Below, piece after piece: positions 55,796-64,000 of a stretch of 64,000 bases of DNA (position 1 is the stretch's first letter; each line of letters begins with the position of its first letter). The translations under genes and the position numbers were made by a program. The notes below the pieces were generated by a model, which was not told the DNA's origin, ran no database searches, and worked only from the letters and a program-made list of their open reading frames with translations. Source of the stretch: Bryobacterales bacterium (GTDB lineage Bacteria > Acidobacteriota > Terriglobia > Bryobacterales > UBA6623); assembly GCA_963422375.2 (NCBI GenBank), contig OY729427.2, positions 1,344,001 to 1,408,000 of the forward strand, given 5' to 3'.

Positions 55796-57027
55796 GGGAA
55801 TTATATATCTGAGTGCCAAGGCAACCGATTTGGCAAATTATCAATCCATAAAATAATTTATATTTCTTCCGGATATCTGCTGATAATCGGTGGATTTTCT
55901 TGATGGAATAGTTCCAATATAGGAGGTCATAAATGAAGAAGAATTGTCCCAGTAAGTAGTTTCGTAATGGCATCACCTTGATTGAAGTTATCGCCATGTT
56001 TCCCGATGAGAAATCCGCGGAAACATGGTTTGACTCCATGCGCTGGCCGGACGGTACAGTATGCCCCCGCTGTCGCGGCTCCAGCGTGCAGTCCAGCACG
56101 GCCTACCCCTCGATGCCGTACCGATGCCGCGACTGCGGCAAGCGCTTTTCCGTGCGCGCCGGCAGCATGATGGCCGACACCAAGCTCGGCTACCGCGTCC
56201 GGGCCGTCGCCATGTTCCTGCTGACCACCGGCCTCCAGGGCGTCTCCGGCATGAAGCTGCACCGCGACCCGGGCATCAGCCGGATGCCGGCCCGGCACCT
56301 GGCGCACCGCATCCGCTCGTGCTGGGAGCGGGACCGGGGCCTGTTCGCCGGCCCGGTGGAAGTGGACGAGACCTGCGTCGGCGACAAGGAGCGCAACAAG
56401 CACGGGAGCAAGAAGGCCCGGGCCGGGCCCGACCAAGGGCGACCTGCAGGGCTTCATGCGCGGCCGGGTCGCCCCGGGCGCGCAAGTCCGTTCCGACGAG
56501 GCGGCGGCCTACGCCGGCATGGCGGAGTGCCCGCACGAGGGCGTCTAGCACTCCGGCGACGAGTACGTGCGCGGGACGGCGCAACGCCCGCAACTGCGAC
56601 ACGGCGGAACGGATGCGACGCATGGTCGGCCAGACGCTGACCTATCCGGCAACTGGTCGGCAAGGCCGCGGTCGCGGCCTGAGCACGGCCTAGCCGGTCC
56701 GCTGCGGCCTCTCTTCACGCTCGGTGCGAAGGGCGCTCCGGATCCGGAATCCCGCGCCGCGACCGGTGTCCAGCCCGGACAATTCATAGATGCAACCGCC
56801 TTGGAAGGGGAGCCTCTCCTCGGCAACCCGGGTTCCACCGGGGCATGCGAGGCGGCCTCACTAGTCCGTGCGCCGCCAAATCCGCTTGCAGGAGCGATTC
56901 AGCTACGAACCGACCTGTCGGTGCCCACCTCGGCCGCACACGAATGACCCGAGCTAGACGCCGACTTCCCCAATCTGAGCGGTTCTAGCCGGATATGGCG
57001 TCGTCGGTACTCCGATATATAATTCCC
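55796..57027 (+). mobile_element. IS1595-family element, copy 2 (1232 bp, defective)
   Basis: Same TIRs and highly similar body to copy 1; ATG 55933 after AGGAGG, premature TAG at 55957-55959, two internal deletions; no target duplication. Confidence 0.9.
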
Positions 57028-57382
57028 ATTCTTTGGGGATAGTATGAGACGATAAAAGTTCAATTCATGAGATGCTCCATTCACAGAATACCGTTAAATA
57101 TGAAATCGAAATTACGGAAATCTATCTGCCATATATTCGCGAAATATGGCTTTCTATACATCGCTTATATTCTGTCAAGAGAGAAACTGTAATCCAATCC
57201 GTTTCAAATGAATTGTCTAGATCTCTGTTCCTCCACGAGTCACATAGAGTCAGGTATCATTGGCTAGAATTCCCGAACTACCTAGGTCTTTTCACAAGCA
57301 CTAGATGATCTGAGCCCCTACCGCCCCACAGGGAAGACCTTGCGGACGGAGCCGAAACCGCGAGCATGAGCTAGGTTGAAGG

Positions 57383-58222
57383 GTGGGGCAGCGCGCGCTG
57401 ATCGTGGGTTGCGGGTTCACGGGCCGCAGGGCGGCCGGGCTCCTCCTCGAGCGCGGCTGGCGCGTGTCGGCCACGGCCCGGAATCCCGAGGCGCTCGCGT
57501 CCTTGCGCCTGCTCGGTGCCGAGGTGCATCCGTTCGATGCGACGAGCGGCCGACCGCCGGTCCCGTCGGCGGACGGCGCGCAGGTCCTGCTGTCCGTGCC
57601 CACCCTGCGCTCGGACGGTGCCTTCGACGAGCCCACGCCGCGCATCCTAGAAATGCTCGCCGGTTGTCCCGAGCACGTCACGTACCTTTCCACCACCGGT
57701 GTCTACGGCTCGGCAGAGGCCGTCGACGAGACGACTCCGGCCGCTCCGGCGACGGAACGCCAGAGACTGCGGATGACCGCGGAGGGCGCGGTTCGCTCCC
57801 TGCCCTGCCGGGCGCTCGCGCTGCGCCCGGCAGCGATCTACGGGCCTCGCCGGGGCGTGCATTCGGCCATGCGCGAGGGCCGGTTCCGCCTGCCGCCGGG
57901 CCAGGGGCGCCCGGTTTCGCGGATTCACGTCGACGACCTAGCGTCGATCGTCGCGGCGTCGATGGCCAGAGGCATCGAAGGGGCGTTCCCGGTCGCGGAC
58001 GCGCTGCCGGCGACATCGCGCGAAGTTGCACGGTTCTGCGCAGGGCTGCTGGGGCTGGACCTGCCGGGCGAGGCAACCGAGAGCGAGCTCAGCGAGACGC
58101 GGCGCTTCGGCCGGCGGGTGGACGGCCGCGCCATCCTCCGCCATCTCGGCTTGGAGCTGCGCTATCCGACGTATCGCGAGGGCATCCCGGCGAGCATTGC
58201 GGCCGAGCGCAGCCGGCCCTAG
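57383..58222 (+). CDS. Atypical SDR / NAD-dependent epimerase-like protein
   Basis: GCGFTG, YLSTTGVYG, LRPAAIYGP, SRIHVDDL, LRYPTYREG. Confidence 0.88.
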   Translation: MGQRALIVGCGFTGRRAAGLLLERGWRVSATARNPEALASLRLLGAEVHPFDATSGRPPVPSADGAQVLLSVPTLRSDGAFDEPTPRILEMLAGCPEHVTYLSTTGVYGSAEAVDETTPAAPATERQRLRMTAEGAVRSLPCRALALRPAAIYGPRRGVHSAMREGRFRLPPGQGRPVSRIHVDDLASIVAASMARGIEGAFPVADALPATSREVARFCAGLLGLDLPGEATESELSETRRFGRRVDGRAILRHLGLELRYPTYREGIPASIAAERSRP

Positions 58223-58842
58223 CCGAGATCCCGCGCCGCAGGCAGGCCCCCTCCCGCTGCCAGCAGCCGATGGACATGCTTGGCCAGCATGTCGCACTCG
58301 ATGTTCACCGCGCTTCCGGCTCCGGTCGATGACAGGGCGGTCACCTCGTAGGTATGGGGGATGATCGCGATGCCGAGCGACGATCCCTCGAGGGAGGCCA
58401 CGGTCAGGCTAACGCCGTCGATCGCGACGCTGCCCTTGTAGACCAGGTACGCCAGCAGGTCCTCCGGCACGCGCACTGCCAGCCACCAGTTGCCGTCCCC
58501 AAGCGGATCGAGCTCCAGCACCTCGCCCCTCCCGTCTACGTGGCCTAGGACGAAGTGCCCGCTCAGGCGGTCGGTCAGCCGGAGCGGACGCTCCAGGTTG
58601 ACAGCTCGTCCGGGAGACAGGTCTCCTAGGTTGGTCTTGCGAAGCGTCTCGGGGGACAGGTCCGCCGCAAACGAGCCCCGGCCCGCCGCGACCGCTGTCA
58701 GGCAGCAGCCATTTACGGCGACGCTCGCGCCCTTGCGCAGGTCCTCCAGAACGAGGTCCGCGCCCACTACGATGCGGGCCCCAGAGACGGAGCGAGTCAT
58801 CTCCAGGATCTCGCCTGTCTCCTCGACGATCCCAGTGAACAT
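58219..58842 (-). CDS. ribE: Riboflavin synthase (alpha chain)
   Basis: MFTGIVEETG, NGCCLT, VNLER, GH.V.GHVDG, KGSVAIDGVSLT, VNIECD. Confidence 0.96.
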   Translation of the reverse strand: MFTGIVEETGEILEMTRSVSGARIVVGADLVLEDLRKGASVAVNGCCLTAVAAGRGSFAADLSPETLRKTNLGDLSPGRAVNLERPLRLTDRLSGHFVLGHVDGRGEVLELDPLGDGNWWLAVRVPEDLLAYLVYKGSVAIDGVSLTVASLEGSSLGIAIIPHTYEVTALSSTGAGSAVNIECDMLAKHVHRLLAAGGGLPAARDLG

Positions 58843-58852
58843 CCCGGCTCCC

Positions 58853-59998
58853 TCAGGAAGCGACCGCCCGGCCGGCGGGGGGCGCCTCCCTGACCATATC
58901 GGCCTCAACTGCGAACTCGTCCTCGGCCACCTCAAACGTCCGCAGGTTCCGCAGCCGCAGCGCCCCGGCCCTCGAGCGGCGGCCTGCCCCTCCGGCCATC
59001 GGCAGGGAATCGAATCCACCCAGAATCTTGGGCGCGTAGTACAGCAGCACCTTGTCGACAACCCCGGCGTCGAGCGCCGCCCAGTTGAGCTTCGCTCCGC
59101 CCTCGATCATCAGCGAGACGATGCCCGCCTCACCCAGCCACGCGGCGACTCCCTGCAGGTCGACCCGCCCGGTCGGGGAATCGAAGACCCTAGCCGGGAT
59201 GGTCCGCCGGGCGAACGACTCGCGACGCTTGGGAGAGGCGGCGGACGTCGTGGCCACGACCAAGTCCCCGTCGTAGGACTCGACGATGCGGGAATCGGCC
59301 GACAGGCGCAGCAGCGAATCGGCGACGATCCGCAGCAGCGGCCGCCGCCGAGGCAGGCCCGTGCGGTCGGTCAGCAGGCAGTCGTCGGCCTGCACCGTGC
59401 CGATGCCCGTCATGATCGCGTCGTGGCGATGGCGGACCGTCTGCACGTGCCGCCGCGCGGTCTCGCTGGTGATCCAGCCCGTGTTGTCGTCGGGCGCGGC
59501 GATCTTGCCGTCCAAGGTCAGGGCTGTCTTGAGCGTCACAAGCGGACGCCCCGTGCGGGCGTAGTGGAAGAACGGCTCGTTCAGACGGGCCGCTTGGACC
59601 GCCAGATCGCCGTCCCCCTCCTCCACCGCGACGCCGGTCTGGCGGAGGCGCTCCAGACCGGATCCATCGATTCTCGGGTTGCGGTCGCGAGTCGCCGCTA
59701 CGACCCGGGCGACCCCCGCCGAGAGAATCGCGTCAACGCAAGGCGGCGTGCGACCCGTGACATTGCACGGCTCGAGCGACACGTACACCGTGCCCCCGCG
59801 AGCGCGGCCGCCGGCCTCGGCCAGCGCCAGCGCCTCGGCGTGGCGCCGCCCTGCGTAAGTGTAGCTGCCTTCGCCGGCCTTGCAACCCTCCGCGTCGACG
59901 ACGACAGCCCCCACCTGCGGGTTCGGGCTCGCCAGCGCGTCCCCGCGCCGGGCGAGGTCGAGCGCTTCCCGCAGCCAGCGACGGTCCGTCGCGGTCAT
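58853..59998 (-). CDS. ribD: Bifunctional riboflavin deaminase/reductase RibD
   Basis: PNPQVGAV, HAE, SLEPC...PPC, LDGKIA, WIT, EGGA. Confidence 0.96.
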   Translation of the reverse strand: MTATDRRWLREALDLARRGDALASPNPQVGAVVVDAEGCKAGEGSYTYAGRRHAEALALAEAGGRARGGTVYVSLEPCNVTGRTPPCVDAILSAGVARVVAATRDRNPRIDGSGLERLRQTGVAVEEGDGDLAVQAARLNEPFFHYARTGRPLVTLKTALTLDGKIAAPDDNTGWITSETARRHVQTVRHRHDAIMTGIGTVQADDCLLTDRTGLPRRRPLLRIVADSLLRLSADSRIVESYDGDLVVATTSAASPKRRESFARRTIPARVFDSPTGRVDLQGVAAWLGEAGIVSLMIEGGAKLNWAALDAGVVDKVLLYYAPKILGGFDSLPMAGGAGRRSRAGALRLRNLRTFEVAEDEFAVEADMVREAPPAGRAVAS

Positions 59999-60960
59999 TC
60001 CCGGTCGGGCGCGTCGAACAGCGACCGCACGAACGTGTCGGGATCGAACGCGACTAGATCCTCGCTGCGCTCCCCGATGCCCACCCAGCGGATCGGCAAG
60101 CCGAGCTCGCGGGCTATGGCAACGGCGATGCCTCCCTTGGCGGTGCCGTCAAGCTTGGCCAGGACGAGCCCCGTCACGTTGGCGGTCGAGGTGAACTGGC
60201 GCGCCTGCTCGAGGCCGTTCTGGCCGGTCACCGCGTCCAGAACCAAGAGCACCTCGTGCGGAGCCCCGGGCACGAGGCGGCCGGCCGTCCGGCGGATCTT
60301 CTGCAGCTCGGCCATCAGCCCCGCCTTGTTGTGCAGCCGTCCGGCGGTGTCGACGATCACGGTGTCGAAGCCCCGCGCCTTCGCCGATTCGAGCGCGTCG
60401 TAGAGCACTGCGCTGGGATCGGCACCGGCCCTCTGCCGCACGACCGGGCAGTTCGAGCGCTCCCCCCAAATGACCAGCTGCTCGGCGGCCGCCGCGCGGA
60501 ACGTGTCGGCGGCGCAGAGCAAGACGCGGCGCCCGTCTTCTCGGAGCCGGGACGCCAGCTTGCCGATCGTCGTCGTCTTGCCGACGCCGTTCACGCCCAC
60601 GACGAGGATCACCTGCAGCGACTCGGCCGCGACAGCCGAGTCTGCCGAAGCCCACGGCTGGCCCAGGATCTCCAACATCCGCGCCGCTATCAGGTCCTTG
60701 ATCGCGGAGGCATCCTCGAGCTGGTCGCGAGCCAGGCGCGAGCGGACGTCCTCGATGATCTCGTTCGCCGCGCGGACACCGATGTCCGCGGCGATGAGAG
60801 TCATCTCAAGATCCTCTACCAGCTCGGGGTCGATCTCGCGACGTCCCTCGAACAGGTCGCCGATCTGGTCGGCCAGCGCTTCCCGCGTCTTCGAGACCGC
60901 GCGCCGGAACCGCCCGAACAGGCCCCGCTCCTTGCGGGGAGCGTCGAACAGGGTCTGCAT
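59995..60960 (-). CDS. ftsY: Signal recognition particle receptor FtsY
   Basis: GVNGVGKTTT, DTFRAAA, DTAGRL, KLDGTAKGG, GIGE..EDL; ATGA overlap with ribD. Confidence 0.97.
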   Translation of the reverse strand: MQTLFDAPRKERGLFGRFRRAVSKTREALADQIGDLFEGRREIDPELVEDLEMTLIAADIGVRAANEIIEDVRSRLARDQLEDASAIKDLIAARMLEILGQPWASADSAVAAESLQVILVVGVNGVGKTTTIGKLASRLREDGRRVLLCAADTFRAAAAEQLVIWGERSNCPVVRQRAGADPSAVLYDALESAKARGFDTVIVDTAGRLHNKAGLMAELQKIRRTAGRLVPGAPHEVLLVLDAVTGQNGLEQARQFTSTANVTGLVLAKLDGTAKGGIAVAIARELGLPIRWVGIGERSEDLVAFDPDTFVRSLFDAPDRE

Positions 60961-61978
60961 CGCCGGGAGCGCGGGTGCCGGGCCGCCTACCGATAGTATC
61001 AAGGCCCCGCGATCGGATTTCGGGCTCGGAGTCCGCGCAGCGCAAGCGAATCGCATCGGAAGCGCCGCGGGCGAGCGGCCCGCGGCGCTTCTCCGATGGG
61101 CACTTCGGCTGAAGCTTCGTTCCCCCGTACTAAGCTCTCGCGATGAGATTGCAGCGATTACTCTTCGCCGGACGGCTGGGTTCAGGCCGCGCGGACGGGG
61201 AATCCCGCGGTGGATCGCAGGCCAAGGGCAACGGCGAATCAATCCGCACTCGCGCAATCCGCGCTGGCGGCGGCGGATACGGACACGAGGGTTGGTCCCG
61301 TCCAGATCGAGAAACCACCGGTCCAATTCACGGCGAGATGCAGGACGGAGTCAGCCGACTTCAACCCACTTTCAGTCCGTACCTCCGTACCATTGGGGCG
61401 GTCATTGTGCGGCCGTGTTCGCGGTCCTTGATCCGCTAGCCGCGCTGGAATTCCCGTCCCGCATCGATCCGACAGGGAGAATTGCGCTGGTTACGAGCAT
61501 GTGGCTCTAGGGATCAAGCGAGCTCGCAGAGCGCCAGGCGACACCTTGCGACGCGCAGCAGCGCGGGAGCACTCCGCCCGAGGGTCCTGATGACCGGCGG
61601 CAATAGAACCCACAGAGACTTCGTCGAGCCTGGAGGCGCAGAAGCGAGCCGACCGGAGTCGCTACAGACGATAGGCGAGAAGATCGTCGCGCCGCGAGCG
61701 GCGGTCAGATCTGTCCGAGGCCCGATTGGCGTCGCGGGAGCAGCCGTCGCCCTGGTCGGTAGGTGATCTCGATTGCGCTGCTCCGGCCCTGGTCCCACGT
61801 GACTGCCGCATTCGGCGCCGTCAGCCTGCTGGCAGGACTCCTGACCTAGCCTGGATCGAAACTGATCGGCCGCCCGCGAGGAACGGGCCCGGCGGGAGGC
61901 GGCCAGCGACACTGCGACGAAACCAGAGCCGGTCCTCTTCGTCTCGGAGACGCACAGCCAAGACGTTGGGTGCTTGCA

Positions 61979-64000
61979 CTACGGGCGCCGGGCAATCCAG
62001 ATGGGGCTTGACCAAGCGAGCTCGCCGTCCTCCTGCTCGACCCTCACGTAGTACCAGTGGTCGCCCGGACCCGCTTCGACGTCGAGATACTCGAACTCCG
62101 CCTCCTGCGTGCCGGGCTCGATCTTGTAGACGTAGCTGGCGTCCCGGATGAGATGGACGGCCGCGATCCTGTCCGTGCCCCGCACGCGAGCCCGGATGCG
62201 CTGCGGCTCCGAGGCGACGGTCTCCTCCCCCATGAACGCGTCCCCCAAGCGGAAGTCCAGCACGATGTTGTCTGTCGCGCCGTAGGTCCGCCGCCTGCGG
62301 ATTCCGTCGTGGATCGCCTCGCGACTGGTATCGGGGGTGTACACCATCGCGTAGGAGATGTGCGTCGAGTAGTGGTCGGAGCTGGCGATCACGCCGATCT
62401 TGTAGCCCTTGCCCCAAGCGTTCCAGAACATGCCGGGCTGTTGGAACCCGCCCGCCGCGTCACCCTCCTCCCCGTCCCGGATGCCGCGCGGCGCGTTCTT
62501 GTGCTCGTAGCTCTGCCGGGCCCCTTGGTAGATCTCGGCCACGGTGTCGACCTGCGGGTCGTGGTCCCTCCAGTCCGTGCCCATGGAGCTCGTGCCGGAG
62601 GTGTGCGGGATGGCGAGACCGCCGGTCTTCCGCGCCACCTCGTACATCAGCTTCGTCTCGTTGCGCACTCCGCTGCCGAAGCCCATCGAGCTGAACGTCA
62701 GCAGCTCGCCGTCGGGGCTGTCGGGGAGAAGGAATCGCGGATGCATCGGAATGAAGAACGGCACGACGGGATAGTTGCGGTGCGTGTAGATCAAGTTGCG
62801 ATGGCCGTACGGGTTGCCCGGATTCCGCTCGTAGCCGTATAGCGTCGAGAATCTCTCCGGGAAGTGGTACATGTCCGCGAGCTTCTGCGTCATCGCGTTC
62901 CAGAAGTCCGTCCCGCCGGCCTGGTGGTCCGTGGAAGCGCCGAAATCCATCTCCGCCGCGTCGATCATGTAGCGGTAGAACTCCGGCAGAGACCCGTCGC
63001 TGATCCCGCCGACGTCCTGGGAGAGCTCGGTGTGGCGGTGGAGATCCCCACGCACGATGCGCAGCGACTCGCCGCCGTGCTCGGCGCGGTAGTTGCGGAT
63101 GAACCGCACGTCGTCCAGCTCGGTCGGGTGAGAATCGGGGCGCGACTGCGCCGGCTCGGGGCGGTAGGGCCTGAGCCGGGGAGCCGCTCCCGGGCCCGGC
63201 AGTTCCAGCGAGCCGGCCACGACGCGGTTCAGGCGCGGGCGGCTCGCGAAGCCCCACTGGCGGCTCTCGTCCGGCCAGAAGGCCCACAGGCGCCCGCCCG
63301 CCGACACCATGCCCATGCGCGTGCTCTTGCGGGCCCAACTCGACGGCAGCGTAACCGGATCCGTCCACCCCCGCCCGTCCAAGCGCGTCAGGAACGACTC
63401 CCAATACGACGTGGGCCGGTACGAATGGCGGCTATAGCGCCGCTTGAAAGACATCCACAGATTGCCGTCCGGATCGAACTGCAGCAGCGGTCGGCTCTCG
63501 CCGGTCGACCCGACTGCCTGCGGGTCGGCAAACTCGACGGCCGCCGGGGCCTTCCACTGGCCGCCGTCGAGGCACGCGACTTCGATGCGCCGCGGCCCCC
63601 CGAGCGAGGTGCCGGGCTGGCGCTCGCCCAGGCCGCGGCCCAAATCCTTGCCCCAGTGGACCCCGGACGTCTCCCACGCGACCCACGGGCGGCCTCGCCC
63701 GTCGACGGCCACGCTCGAGTGGGCCTCGAACCGCGCCGTCGCGGCGACAGCCGTCTCCTGGCCCAAGCCTCGCTCGGGCGAGAACGACCGAACGAAGACG
63801 TCGTAGCTCCCTCCGGAACCCTGCCTGTAGCGGTCCCACGAGATCCATGCCGAGCCGTCCGGCGCACCGCTCACCGCGGGCGACCAGTCGTTGGCGAGCG
63901 AGCTGGTGACCGAGACGGTCTCCGACCAGCGACCCTCGCGCAGGTACTTCAGGCGCACTTGCGAATAGCGCCCCGCCATCGACTGCCAGACCACGTAGAC
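61979..64000 (-). CDS. Large PHP-fold (DUF3604-like) protein with N-terminal propeller-like repeats, truncated by window end
   Basis: RGDLHRHT, STDH, GYER, GHRN, IPHTS, EIYQG, ASSDH, WYYVRVEQEDGELAWSSPIW. Confidence 0.8.
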   Translation of the reverse strand, partial: VYVVWQSMAGRYSQVRLKYLREGRWSETVSVTSSLANDWSPAVSGAPDGSAWISWDRYRQGSGGSYDVFVRSFSPERGLGQETAVAATARFEAHSSVAVDGRGRPWVAWETSGVHWGKDLGRGLGERQPGTSLGGPRRIEVACLDGGQWKAPAAVEFADPQAVGSTGESRPLLQFDPDGNLWMSFKRRYSRHSYRPTSYWESFLTRLDGRGWTDPVTLPSSWARKSTRMGMVSAGGRLWAFWPDESRQWGFASRPRLNRVVAGSLELPGPGAAPRLRPYRPEPAQSRPDSHPTELDDVRFIRNYRAEHGGESLRIVRGDLHRHTELSQDVGGISDGSLPEFYRYMIDAAEMDFGASTDHQAGGTDFWNAMTQKLADMYHFPERFSTLYGYERNPGNPYGHRNLIYTHRNYPVVPFFIPMHPRFLLPDSPDGELLTFSSMGFGSGVRNETKLMYEVARKTGGLAIPHTSGTSSMGTDWRDHDPQVDTVAEIYQGARQSYEHKNAPRGIRDGEEGDAAGGFQQPGMFWNAWGKGYKIGVIASSDHYSTHISYAMVYTPDTSREAIHDGIRRRRTYGATDNIVLDFRLGDAFMGEETVASEPQRIRARVRGTDRIAAVHLIRDASYVYKIEPGTQEAEFEYLDVEAGPGDHWYYVRVEQEDGELAWSSPIWIARRP

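Noticed and set aside
58843..61100. FMN riboswitch before the rib genes or SRP RNA near ftsY
   Set aside because: ribD overlaps ftsY, leaving no leader, and no conserved core of either RNA was recognised.
1..64000. Prophage or integrative conjugative element
   Set aside because: No integrase, terminase, capsid, relaxase or type IV secretion genes were recognised.

Overview
High-GC bacterial chromosomal window, probably from an Acidobacteriota (Bryobacterales-like) genome and possibly a host-associated one. This placement is inferred from the Oar-type TonB receptors, CRTAC1/FG-GAP, VWA, ankyrin/HEAT, sulfatase and Rpn genes and the ftsY-ribD-ribE order. Housekeeping genes (tamB 3' end, tsaD, cysE, miaA, ftsY, ribD, ribE, tRNA-Ser(TGA), a selD fusion) are interspersed with catabolic and envelope genes. 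There are three accessory zones. (1) An AT-richer three-gene Lamassu/ABC-three-component defence operon (2660-5408), whose ATPase Walker A carries a Gly-to-Glu change. (2) An IS graveyard at about 32.6-36.0 kb, with a complete IS1595-family element (TIRs plus 8-bp target duplication), IS630/IS3 remnants and a decayed Rpn gene. (3) A second graveyard at about 52.7-57.3 kb, with a CRTAC1 pseudogene, an Rpn gene, IS30 and other transposase remnants, and a second IS1595 copy. The most unusual signal is a roughly 245-nt non-coding stretch directly upstream of tsaD (about 1562-1807, minus strand). It folds by eye into a long rod and carries a 15-nt perfect complement to the canonical 16S rRNA 3' end, followed by an 18-codon uORF strongly enriched in ANN (t6A-dependent) codons. 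It is a candidate t6A-sensing leader for the t6A enzyme; alternatives are a 6S-like ncRNA or a UGA-readthrough selenopeptide. All family calls come from motif recognition by eye; no searches or folding programs were run.
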